From: Zancudomyces culisetae HAW-14-8
Lineage: Eukaryota; Fungi; Kickxellomycota
Direction of reading: 5' to 3'
DNA length: 64,000 nucleotides
Assembly: GCA_052426225.1 (NCBI GenBank)
Contig: JBNJNM010000009.1
Coordinates: forward strand, 62,001-126,000
Shown here: positions 11,787-23,821 of the stretch, piece after piece
Layout: each line of letters opens with the position of its first letter
Numbering within the stretch: position 1 is the first letter of the stretch
Translations under genes and position numbers: made by a program
The notes under the pieces: generated by a model
Databases searched by the model: none
Told to the model about the DNA's origin: nothing
What the model saw: the letters and a program-made list of their open reading frames with translations, nothing else

Positions 11787-12207
11787 TAATATGTTTAGTT
11801 GAATGAAATGAAAACTTATTATTATTATGCGAACATCCAGATACAACTATGTGTGCACCAATCTTTATTATAAATCGAAAATTCTTTCCTAGATACTATT
11901 TTTATCGATTAATCCATTACCTTAAAATTTGGTATAAAATTAATTCGATAAAAAGAGTGTTTAAATTTAGAAACTTTATACGTAATGATGTGTGTAATGA
12001 CAGACACCACAGTATAATTTTTTATAAAATAAGTAAAACTAACTAAATAAAGTAAATTTAAACCATATATAAACTGATGTCTCCTGTTTCCTGATGAATC
12101 TTTACCATCGTTGAGCTAGGTATGGGTGGGAATTGGGTGGGACATAGTTGTATCTGGATGTTTGCATAATAATAATAAGTTTTCATTTCATTCAACTAAA
12201 CATATTA
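11787..12207. mobile_element. MITE / internally deleted Tc1-mariner-type DNA transposon with 66-bp TIRs
   Basis: 11787-11852 is the reverse complement of 12142-12207 with 1 mismatch. Both ends are TA (possible TSD). No intact ORF. Confidence 0.85.
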
Positions 12208-12659
12208 TTATTAAACATACAATATCAAAAAATTGCGATTTCACCAGAAAAAGTTATAGTTGATGTATTTTACAAATTGTAGTTTAATCATACTGAAAGC
12301 TCATTTCTCATTCTATCCAATCTACTTATCGATTTAAGCTTCAAAAGAAATAATCAAAATATCTAAATACAGGAACACTTCATGTATAGAAACTACTACT
12401 TTTGTTACCAATATTCACATTTCTCGTTTTAAAAATAACACTATTTCTACCCTACTTGAGTTGTATTTAACCCATTTGCTACATACTAGCCATTGATCAA
12501 AGCGGTATTTCTATCACACCATCATTCCAAACTATAACTATATGCATGAGTTTAAAAAATTGTTTGAATTGTTTGACTGCAAGTTATTTATTTATCTAAC
12601 TGTTCTAAGTAGATCTATAATCTAAAAATATCTAGCCTAGTTGCTTTGAATTAAAACTT

Positions 12660-13130
12660 TTAAAAGTATGGAGCAATCCAAGAATAAGATACTGCAAATT
12701 TATTACCAAGAGCAAACCATAATTCATTAATTGAACTTCCTTGATTCATGTGATGGATATAGCAAACACCTCCACAATTGGCCTCTTTGCATGCCAAGAA
12801 TGCACCTTTGTTGATATGGTTGCCACTCATTTTTACAGCTGCAAACTCCGGTGCTGCATAACACTTATTCGCTTTGATATTGAAAGTACCTTGTGTTTGT
12901 GAAGGGTCGCGGCCGACACGGAGTGGTTCCCAATAGCCGGAGCCGACACGGAACAGTTCAACTGTCATTTTTTTGCGTCTGGGACTGTGTTCACAATCCA
13001 TTTCGTTGAAGTTGGATTCTAGCACATTGTTTTCACCTGCTCCTTGTAAAGTTTGGTTCTGTGCATTCTGTGAATTGAAAGCTAAGGCTGAACTAGCTAC
13101 CAGAGTGCTGAGAATTACCGATTTGATCAT
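12660..13130 (-). CDS. Small secreted Cys-rich pre-pro-protein, paralog of 1-389
   Basis: 156 aa. Signal peptide MIKSVILSTLVASSALA, pro-region ending in basic RRKK, and KCY...CKEANCGGVC...SYSW shared with the ORF at 1-389. Confidence 0.88.
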   Translation of the reverse strand: MIKSVILSTLVASSALAFNSQNAQNQTLQGAGENNVLESNFNEMDCEHSPRRKKMTVELFRVGSGYWEPLRVGRDPSQTQGTFNIKANKCYAAPEFAAVKMSGNHINKGAFLACKEANCGGVCYIHHMNQGSSINELWFALGNKFAVSYSWIAPYF

Positions 13131-14880
13131 TTTTGGTATTTGATTTATTTTTTCTATTCTAGTTTAAACTGTTAGGTTTAAAGGGAATTCGATGTAGCTT
13201 CTTTTGACGCTGAAACGGGTTGGCCTTTTATACTTTTCACAGATTAGGGAATTGTTCAAAAATTTCTACTATATAAATATCTGTACCCACAAATATCGGA
13301 ATAGGTATGACGTTTAAAATTTTGTATTTATTATCTACTAAAGTTGCCAATTAACTTCATAGTCCTATTAATTTCTTACAACGTCTAGGTTTGCAGATTA
13401 TTATAAAATGAACGTATCATTTAAATAAATTATTCATAAAAAAGTGAAAAGCATCAATAAAGTTCAATTATTCATTGATCTTCATTCTAGATCATGCTAA
13501 GTTAGTTTTTTGTTGTATCTCCGAAGAAGAATTGACTTTTTCATTCATGGCAATAGTGTATCGGTATTCAAGTCTATTTCTGGACATAAAATTCAGTAGC
13601 TACCCAAACACTCGTTTTTCATATTAAATGTTGTTCATTTTTCAAACTATTAAATTAAAAATAATCCGGACAGTTATACAGTAAAGACAAGTCAATTCGC
13701 AAGGGCGATCTATTTTTCTTACCTTCAAATGCCTAGAATTTGTAATATATATAGTTAACATAACTTTGTTATCATTTTTATTTATCGGATATTTTGAAGT
13801 TCACAGAACAAGAAAAATAAAATTATTAAAACTAATAGTCAAGGTCAGCCATATTGATCTAGACCAATACAGATATGACTGTTGAATGAACAGAGTTTTC
13901 GAGTTATTATGCAAAACTTTATCTGCAAGTTTAACCTACCTCATTTTTACTCATTCTAGCCGACTGTAGTGAAGTCTAAATAGTTCATGAGAGTAATTTT
14001 TAATAATAAAAGCACACTTTATTAAATGCATCTCTAAAGTTCCTACAATGTCTTTTCCATTTTTTATCCAATAGTTAGTATGGCCAAAGCTAGATGTTTA
14101 ATAAAAAATATAATAAATACAAGTGGTGATAGGTGCAATGATATCAGCTATTAAACAATCACAAGTATCTAGAATAATTCTCTAAAATATTTGTGAAGCA
14201 TGTGATATTACCTGAATCATAAAGTATAAACTTGTGTAAAAATTTTCAGTACTTTGAAAATAAAGTACATCCAGTTTTTGTAAAGTTGTTTGTTTGGAAA
14301 GAACAGTGTTTTGATATTAGAAATATACATATCCTAACATGTAATAATTTGACGACCTCCCTCCCTCCATGCTCTGTAGATTTTAATAAACTTTATCTAT
14401 TTTGTTTGATAATTTTTTATTCAAACATAAAATACAAATATATAGCCTTCTAAAAATAAATAGATGTATTGTTACACGACCAAAGTTAGATGTCTGATGA
14501 TCTTAATGGTGCGATTTTATTTATCTTTTTATGGGCTATATTATTCACATTGGGTCTAGTACCATTTAAAATTTCATATAAAAAACATATATTAGAATAG
14601 ATCAGAAAAAGTTTGGCTCGTCAGTGCTTCGTTTATTTTGAGAGTTTAGTATGTGTTTTTATTAACTGTGGCTAAATGTTAAATGGTGTTTTATTCAAAA
14701 ATATCGCTATTTGGATTTGTGAGAATTTGAAAATAAATATGAATATTTTAAGCAAAAAAATTTTTTACAACAAAAATGTCTTTATAAGGGGTATAGTAAT
14801 TCTTACTTTTTTTAAGATAGGTAAAAGTGGTACCAACGAAAAATTCGACTCTTGTATATTTAAAAACACACTACATTGCG

Positions 14881-16176
14881 ATGAGCGAAATTGGTAAGTA
14901 CTTAATATATATTTATATTTTATTTGATATTCTAATCGTTGTGATTTTTAAATTTCAAATATAATAAAGACAAATGCAGTGTTTGTTCAGCGGGTAAAAG
15001 TAAATACAAATGTCCTCGATGTCTTAGGAAGAGCTGTAGTTTGTCTTGTGTTAAAAGACACAAGGAGGATTATGGGTGTAGTGGAGAACGCGATAAATCC
15101 AAGTTTGTAAAATTAAAAGAATACGATCTAAACAATTTAATGCAAGATATTCACTATATCCAAGAGCTGAAAAGGGTCAGAGACAATGTAGAACGATCTG
15201 ATTTAATTGATGAATCGAGTAAAAAAAGGTATTTACAAAGGGCTGGTAAACGAAAGAATGACAGAATGTGTGATGACGACACACAACCCAGGTCCGAAGA
15301 TTCGTTGTTGAATTCCAGCAAAAAAAACAAGATCCTAAAGCTAAACGCCAAAAAAAAGTACAATACTAATATAACCTTTATGCCAACAGGTATGAAACGG
15401 CGGGAATTAAACCATTCATACTACAACATAAAGTAAGCGAAATACATAATATGCTCAAATTTACCTCTTTACTAGGCTATTTTAGTATATACTTCATATT
15501 TATTAACCCAAACCATGTTGTTTACTGCATTTTAGGAAACAAACATTTTTTTGGACACTTGAAATTATAATTAGAAGAAAGGATCAAACAGATACTAATC
15601 ATTCTGATAATACAACAATCAAAATATTCGAAAATTCTGTTCCTGATGATACAAAAATCGAAAAAATATGGAACTGTTATAGAAATACGATTAAAGATAA
15701 CCCCATAGAGAAAACGACCAAAAAATGTGAGGGAAATTCGGAAACAGGTGTTGAACTGTCGGATAAGTGTGTAAATAGCAATATAGAGCTAGTTACTCTT
15801 CAAAAAGACTCTATTCCGCTGCCAAAGACGACAGTGGGTAAACTCAAAGCTCTTGGAGATCCTAACTTTGCTAGTAGTCTTTCTCTTGAAGAAACGGAAA
15901 AAATCAGAATTTTTGCCGATTCTTGCGGAGACAGTATTGACAATGTTGGATTTTATATTTCCTTGCCATTCACAAAGGTAAGTATTACTCTGGGAACCAT
16001 TTTCATCAGTTTGTTTTTTTTTCCATTATGAACACTAATTTATACTCTACTACTATCTCGATTAACTTTAGGGCGAAAAACTACTTGAAATAAACAAAGA
16101 GAGCACACTTAGAGATGTATTGAAAGATCTGACTTTGATCGAGTTCCCCACTCTGATATTTGAAATTAACAAATAA
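14881..16176 (+). CDS. BCD1: Box C/D snoRNP assembly protein BCD1/ZNHIT6 (multi-exon)
   Basis: Spliced start MSEID-KCSVCSAGKSKYKCPRCLRKSCSLSCVKRHKEDYGCSGERD (zf-HIT), MPTGMKRRELN and C-terminal LIEFPTL; GT-AG introns. Confidence 0.88.
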
Positions 16177-16358
16177 AAGCATTTTCCCCAACATACCTTA
16201 CCAGTGGCAATGTATTGTATTTATTTTATTTAGTGGTTTAATGGGAAGTGTGTTTTTGAGCCTTGAATGGCCTAATATCTTGCTCAATCTAGTTGATATG
16301 CCCATTTATAAATCTACAAAAAAAAAAGATAAAGACATGAAAAGAAATATTGGCCAAG

Positions 16359-18494
16359 TTAGAGCAAAGGTAGTGGTAACACTATTGAACCAGACTTGTC
16401 GTTAGTTTTCTGAGGAGTTATTATTCCAAGCCAAATCAACAATCTAACTGTGTACCCCAGTTGTTCAGTGTTGGGCTGTTGGTTTGCACTATCCAAGTAG
16501 TTTTTGTAGATATTTGCTAGTTCAACTGTCGAATTTAGTGGAATTGTTGGTTGCGTTTTATGGACTAGATAACCAGAGGCAAATAGGTAGAAAAATACGC
16601 AATACAATAAAAACATTGTAATGTCATTTGTAAACAGTCTAAAATATTCATACAGCTCTTCAGACAGAAACAATGCAAAAGTATAGAGAGTAATGTGTAG
16701 CCCAAAGGCTATACAAACAAGATAGTGCATAATTTTCAGCATAAATCGTTTTTGTTGAACCGACCAAAGTATTCCAAAAAAAATAAGCATGTTATTTTCA
16801 GAGAGTAAAAATCCCATTTTTTCGTTCACTTCATTGCTTATGTTCCGTTGTTTGAATTGTGGATTTTGTCGTAAACAGTTTTGGATATCTGTCGAATATT
16901 TTTGGACCTTGTTCCAGTTCTTATTAGTTAGAAAATCCACTACTTTAAGGGCATTCTGGAACTCCAGGTGCATATCAGCCCGTTCGTTTTCTTCTGTCTC
17001 GGAGTTATCATCGAAATATTCTTTTTCGTGTTTATTTGGTTTTATTAAACCGAATTCCTCGGAGCAACAGTAATATATTCTATTTAGAATATGAAGGTTT
17101 AACTGAACAAGCTTCTTGGTATACTGATTTTGTACTCTTCTTGTATGTATAAAACATCTGTTGGCATAGAGCAAGACGGTAAACAAGATAATTGATAAAA
17201 GAAATCCATTATTCCCTGAGGTAAACACCGAAATCGATATTGATGCTATCAGAGCTATAACTGTTCCACCAACAGCAAAGCCCTCTGCTTTTCCCATTAT
17301 CTCCCTTACCAAACTCTGGCCTTTTCCGAGTAATAATACGGAAACAGACAGGACAGATAGTGAAAACCCTTTGATAACTGCCTCGGACAGCATTGGAAGT
17401 AACGCAAACATGGCCCCGCCATAAGTTGATGGATACGTATCGATAGCACCACTATAAAAGTAATAATAGTATTGTATTATTACCCCGACCAGTTGCATTA
17501 GAGGAATTGCTGTGACTAGGTTTAGTACTTTTAGGTTTCCAAACTTGTAATTTTTAACAGCAACTATCATACTAAGCACGGAAGCGATCGACCATACTGT
17601 GATAAAAATGTTCTTGTAGTATAAACAGATTGGTAGCACTCCTGAAGAGCACGTTGTGGGTACCCCGTTAGAAAATTTATTTATGGCTGCAAGACGTACA
17701 GCCAGTGTTACATCCTTTTTCAAACACCCAACAGTAAGTAGAATATATTCATTCGCCTTTACACCATCAGGAATAGTGTACTCAAATACAAATCCACCAG
17801 CCAAGTCATATTGCTTCTTTGCCAAATCACTATCTTGTGTATTAACAACCTGTTTAGGGGGGGAGGTACTGTTTGAAAAAGGGTCGGTTGGTGGCGAACA
17901 GCCTGTCCCTGTAGTGGTTGCGACATTCGAGATAAGTTGGAATGCTCCATCGCCACCAACCCTTAACTCTTCTACTCCTGTATCTTGGATTGGCATGAAC
18001 ACAGTATTGTATGTTTTTTGCAGGTCACCTATAGGTGTAACAAAGTTGGCTGTCTGAAAATATTCCTTCAAATTCATGCAAACATCCTCTGGCTGCTTTA
18101 AATCCGAGTCTACGTTTTTTTTCAAATTGCGAAGGGATTTCATAATATTGTATTTATTCCCAAAAATTAGATATATCGAATTTAGCGCATTTGGTGAATC
18201 GTTTGAATTATCTTTTGCGTCAGTGGTGTTTGTCGAGAATGTTTGATTACCAAGATCTGCAACTACTCCCCTTCCTAATACCATCGAAATTGAACTTTTT
18301 CCATCTCCATTCAGCCCAAAGGGAATAAATTCATAAATTTTCGCCTTTTTTATTGTAGCTAACCCAGAATAACGATCATCAACTTTTACTGCCGATATCG
18401 TAATATTTCTGTAATCTATAAAATAAGCGTCTATATATGTAACTACAAGACAGTGTAACAAAAAAGCTACAAACATTCTTTGTATGAAAATCAT
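16359..18494 (-). CDS. Signal-peptide + luminal domain + ~7 TM membrane protein (GOST/PTM1/GPR107-like)
   Basis: 711 aa with an N-terminal signal, ~270-aa luminal region and about seven hydrophobic segments. Family inferred from topology only. Confidence 0.6.
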   Translation of the reverse strand: MIFIQRMFVAFLLHCLVVTYIDAYFIDYRNITISAVKVDDRYSGLATIKKAKIYEFIPFGLNGDGKSSISMVLGRGVVADLGNQTFSTNTTDAKDNSNDSPNALNSIYLIFGNKYNIMKSLRNLKKNVDSDLKQPEDVCMNLKEYFQTANFVTPIGDLQKTYNTVFMPIQDTGVEELRVGGDGAFQLISNVATTTGTGCSPPTDPFSNSTSPPKQVVNTQDSDLAKKQYDLAGGFVFEYTIPDGVKANEYILLTVGCLKKDVTLAVRLAAINKFSNGVPTTCSSGVLPICLYYKNIFITVWSIASVLSMIVAVKNYKFGNLKVLNLVTAIPLMQLVGVIIQYYYYFYSGAIDTYPSTYGGAMFALLPMLSEAVIKGFSLSVLSVSVLLLGKGQSLVREIMGKAEGFAVGGTVIALIASISISVFTSGNNGFLLSIILFTVLLYANRCFIHTRRVQNQYTKKLVQLNLHILNRIYYCCSEEFGLIKPNKHEKEYFDDNSETEENERADMHLEFQNALKVVDFLTNKNWNKVQKYSTDIQNCLRQNPQFKQRNISNEVNEKMGFLLSENNMLIFFGILWSVQQKRFMLKIMHYLVCIAFGLHITLYTFALFLSEELYEYFRLFTNDITMFLLYCVFFYLFASGYLVHKTQPTIPLNSTVELANIYKNYLDSANQQPNTEQLGYTVRLLIWLGIITPQKTNDKSGSIVLPLPLL

Positions 18495-19129
18495 TTCTCA
18501 AGTCACATTGCTGTTTTGCTGAAGAAAGTATGTTTGATACATAAGATTTGAATAAATGAATGCATCTTTATTTTTTTTATAGCTGTTTGTAAGCTTTTTT
18601 TATTTAGCATTAATTATTAGAGTTCACATGTAATTTGCTTGTTTTTTTTTGATTTATAATTTAAATCAATGAACTTTGAATAATGGCAATAATAAAGCTC
18701 GCTTTGCAATTTTCATAGTCCCAACTATTCCATTAATTATTTATTCATCTATTTTTCAAGTCTAGTTACTGGATTCAAAAGGTAAAGTTCATACATTTTT
18801 TTGGGTATTTTATCGAGCTATTGTTACTGATTGGTGTAAGTGCATTTCAGATGATTTATTAATCTTTTGTCAAGCCTTTATTAATTTATTGTTGTGGAAT
18901 TGCAGTCAATATTTTTACTAACAAGCAAGTCTATCTCCAACTAAAATACTAATTGATAAATCCAATAAGAAACATTAAAAAACAGAAAAAAACCACCCAG
19001 AAACTAATAAAAATTGACAACTTTATAGCTCATGCAATTATCTGTAAAATAAATATCAACTTGTACTCTTACATACCAAGTCAATCAATAGTAAAACAAA
19101 TAAACTAGTAAAATCCAAAGGAATAAAAA

Positions 19130-20710
19130 CTAATTAAAAGAAAGGTAGCACACAGTACCATCGTTAAAAACAGACACAAGACTATCGTTATCCATTGCAA
19201 ATAAACTTGGCGTAGCATCTTCAGAAACACCGCTCAGATCTACATCTAAGATGGGAGAGTTTTCAGAAGCAGAAACTGTAGGAACACCAAGGTCCAGTAC
19301 AGTACCATCACCATCTAGTGTATAATTGCAGAATCTAGTATGCGGATCCAAGTAGCTATTGTCGCTTATAAACAAACGTTTTGGATGAACGCACCTACAG
19401 ATACTGTCCGAATTTGCTACTATGGAAAACGTCTTTATGGTATGTGTTTGCACGGGCATGTCTGCAGCGGCAATAGTTATTTTTGCAAACTGAACCTTTT
19501 TTGCACACCATGCAATTGCCAAAAAGGAGCTGGGATCTTTTGTATCTGGCCAGACTTGCAAAAACTCTGGTTGGGACTGCGGCTCAGGATATGCACTGTT
19601 CTCGTCGGCTTTTCTTTCAGAAATACTGGCAACTTTATAACCCGACTTCTCAAAAGTAGACTGTGTATTTCGCGGCACGTCAAGCGTTCCTAGCTCGATA
19701 CTCTCTGTAACCACGACATCCTCACTCAACTTTATTATTTTATAATTCCAGTGACTGTCCATAATCAATATTAGCCCATCGCTCAAGTGACAGGTAGAAC
19801 AAACCTTTGCATTATTGGTCTCGCGGTAAATAATTGCGTCTTGGGTTTTCCAGTTGATGATAACTACTTTTCCATTCATTTTTCCAATTGCAACATAGTC
19901 CTCCTTGATTCTTGCACTTGTAATCAAACCTTTACCCTGTGATTCATACGCGGGTGTTTTTTCATTGATTTTTTTTACAATTACTCCTGAATTTCCTTTT
20001 ATATACACAATTGCCTTGGTAATCGGGCAAAAATCTACAGCTCGTACATCTGATGACAGCCTTTCGCTCGCTATTATTTCTATTCGCCCTGAATCTGTCC
20101 CTTTGTCTTTTATCTCAAGTATACTGTACCTGTTGTCCTCCATGTTTACAAGAATGTATGGATATTTGTATTCAATTGTGTACGGAGAGTGATGAACAAA
20201 ATCATCAATACTCCAGTCTTTTGTTTTTTTAACATACTGATTCACTGGTTTGAACATTTTCCAATTTCTCTCTCTTTGGTAAATCTTTCTAATTGTTTTC
20301 CAGGTAATATTACAAGTTGCAGTTTTTTCGTATTTGAAAAGATCTCGTTGAATATTTAGTAAATATCTTCGACTCGTTGAAACAGCCCGTAGATATTTTG
20401 AAAGCTATAATTGTATTGTTTTATTAGCACTTTAGTATTTCTCACTTTTAAAAACCATTAAATAAATATTTTATTCTATAAACCTGCTCAAGCAATGGAT
20501 AAGTACAAAAAATATCCCGGTGTTTGTGACAGTTTAAATAAAAGATACACTTCGGGGGTAGGGGTAAGGTTAAGGTTAAGTTTTAAATTGATACGAAAAG
20601 ATAAAACGCAGGCTTACTTTTTGGCATTCAAATAGCGAAGCATATTCCAGCAAGCCAAATATTTCAAACCAAACTTCGTATGGTACCTTGTTGCATGAAT
20701 TTTGGCCCAT
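19130..20710 (-). CDS. F-box protein with WD40-like repeats (2 exons)
   Basis: Exon 1 MGQNSCNKVPYEVWFEIFGLLEYASLFECQK is F-box-like. Intron 20405-20617 joins it in frame to LSKYLRAV...ERNWK and ORF 19130-20257, which has beta-propeller-like repeats (VAIGKMNGKVVIINW). Confidence 0.75.
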
Positions 20711-23700
20711 TAATTTTTTCGTGCGGTTTTCACCAATTTTCTTATTTAATGCCTTTTGTTGTGTGTTTTTTTTTTCTATGCGACAAACATGAAACATTTT
20801 TGTTCATAGGCTCCACGATACTTTATATAACGGGTGTCCGACCAGATGTCATTCCTCCAAATTGCTTTTTTCTTATTGTGATGTGTACATCTTGGTTTAT
20901 CGTATTTATCAGCCCAACAATACCCTAAAAAAACCCAGGACAAAGGTTTAAAAAAAAAACAAACTAAAAAGAACGTAATTTGCACAAGACATGACCAAAT
21001 ACAATTGCTTTCCTTATCCTCGTTCTTTAAAAATCTGGTTAATTTTAATTATTTCTGGGCCAATAGCGTTCATAACTTGCATATTAAAAGGACATTTAGG
21101 AAATTGCGAAAGTTCACCCCACTTTTGATTTTAAATATTTACGTTTGAAGTTTGTCATGTTAATAGTTTGAACCATGAAATTAGCCCAACTCTTGTTGTA
21201 AACTTTGTAATGGCCAAGATATATCAGCAATTCTAAATAAATAAACTCATGAGTTCAATTTCGTGTATCTGCTTCCAATTGTTGAGATATGAACACACCT
21301 AAATGTTTGAGACTATGCTTTATGGACATACAAGACTTCACAAACTCTGCTTTTTATTGACAATGTCTGCATATATAAACATCATTTCATTATGCTAGAG
21401 AATAATACTTTCTTATCAGCATGTAACTAGATAGTAAACTAAGACCAAATTTTGTACTTAAATGATAAAGTAGGCAACTGTTTACCAAAACCTAACAATA
21501 CTGTATTATGAGTAATTTTTTCTTTTCTTTTCATTTCTTGCTTTTAATCTGCGCGATTAAGTACTAGGTCACGTGCAACAAACTTTATCATTTTCCCAAG
21601 CTCTGTCTTTCATACTTCTATTTAAAGCCAGCTAATAATATTATCAAATAGCTGTGGCTATCTCACAGAAATATCATATACACTATGACTATACTCGGTT
21701 ATGGGACCAAAAAACATGGACGTGTAAAGTATATATCATTGGTTCACCATTACATACTCCAACTCGAAACTTCGTATGATACTGATTTGCTGTACCAAAA
21801 AAGGTATCAGGTGGAAGTTTTGTACAAAAAATTAGAAATGGCCTGATAATATCAGGTACTAGCTAATTATTTGTGGTACTCTTTACAAAGTTTTTGAAGG
21901 CATCCATTTTAAATGGAGAATGTAATAGTTTCAGTTGCTAGGAAAGTGGATAGTATTTTTTAAAAGGGCGTCCATTAGTTAGTAATGGTATCAATATTCA
22001 TGTAAAAGAATTTCTCAAGCACTCACCAAGACGTGCGATATTAAATGCGTGATTAATAAAAAACAATACACAATAATGAGGTAAAGAACTAAAGATTGGA
22101 CTAAACTTGGGCTAGCCTTTTACCTCAGTAAACCTCCTGCAACTCGTGCTTTGCTTTATTATCTTATATTTTTTTAGTTAAAGAGTATGATCAAGTATTT
22201 ATATGTAGTAACAAAGTTGAGTATCGCTCATACGTTTTTTGCTATCGCGTAGTATTATTTAATAAAGGTACCTTGGATGTCTGTTTAAAACATTTCTAAT
22301 ATAACAATGTACCTGCTCAATATTAAATGAAAGAGGCCTATCATTCCACATAACACGTCAGATGCTAGAAAGTGTAGATTGATTCCAAAACTCAGCCTGT
22401 TTGCATATGTACAGTTTAACCGTTGTAGACTTCCGATATACCCTGATCAAGCAAAGCTGCTAGTGCTTAATCACAGTTATCTGATATGCAGCGTATTTGT
22501 CTTTGGCAGCTGTAATTTTAGAAATATATCCTAACATTCCCATTTCACCACTGTATAGCTATACTAGGGTAAATACCACATTACTTTGCTTCTGAACCAT
22601 CCAAATTATATATATTTTCACTCTGCTTTACTATTCAATGTAGAAATGATATTGACTGGTTGAAAGAATCATACTTTCAAGGTTGAAAGTTGATGCTATA
22701 AGCCTTTAAATGCTTACCCTATTCATCTGAATAGGTTTAAATAACAATTACCTGTTAATATCCAAAGCATTTGCCTTATTTTATACGACAATACTATTAA
22801 CAGCCTAAAACAAACACATCACGAATTCAACCATTTATATAAATGCTCCTGAAAATTCACTCGAGCTAAACACAATGCCTCTACCCAAACCTTGCAAAAT
22901 CTTTTGCAAACTTGCCCAATCTTTTCTTAACTATTATGCATAAATCCTAACTATTTTACACCAATCATATTGTACAATTTTTTGTTGATTATTTTTGTAA
23001 AGCTCAGTAATTTATAATTTACAACAATTCTAAACGAATAAACGCTTTAGAATGACATTCTAATTTTCAGTTTGGTAAAAATTTAAATCTAAATCATAAA
23101 ACAAAGGATTGCAATTAGTAAAGTGAAAAAATTAAGAACGAAAACTAAAATAAATTACCACAATCCTGCTTTTGTACTATAATCGATTTACATTCAACAA
23201 TCAGCATTTGCTTCTCTGCTCAACATTCGAATTTAAAATTAGAAACCAAACATTTTGAATGTTTACCACCAACCAGCTACGCAAATTATTCAATAAATCA
23301 AAATTATCAAGTTTTCGACCTTTTCTTTACGCAAATATTTCAAATGCATTAGTAAAAAATGTTTACACAAGCTAAAATCCTCATTATACCGTGATACAAC
23401 CTTAGTCTTATTGTAACATTTTATAGAGCTAGAAGAAAAAATTCAACACTTGATACTTTAAAACTAACTTGTGGATTTTGAAATCACGCAAAAATACGAC
23501 ATAGCAAATACTAACTATCAAACTCACCCTCCATCTCCTCCAAACTTTCGAAAATAGTAACAAGCCTTTCATAGGCAATTTTGAGCCTTAGACCGTTATT
23601 AGTTATATATTTTTTAGAGCCTTTTCTTTTGTACAAGTCAAAGGATTTTGGATTCAAAAAAAAAGTTTTGACCGATTATCTTCAACAGGATTCTGTCTTC

Positions 23701-23821
23701 AATTCTTCCTTCACATGTACCTATATAACTTCTTTGAATAACTTACCTTGACAAAATACAATAATTTACCTACAAAAGACGACAAAAATCGATTCGAAAA
23801 CGATATAAAACAACACAATCA

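Noticed and set aside
20554-20580. Telomere-like GGGGTA/GGTTAA repeats in the F-box intron
   Set aside because: Only a few imperfect units at an internal position; not supportable as a telomeric remnant.
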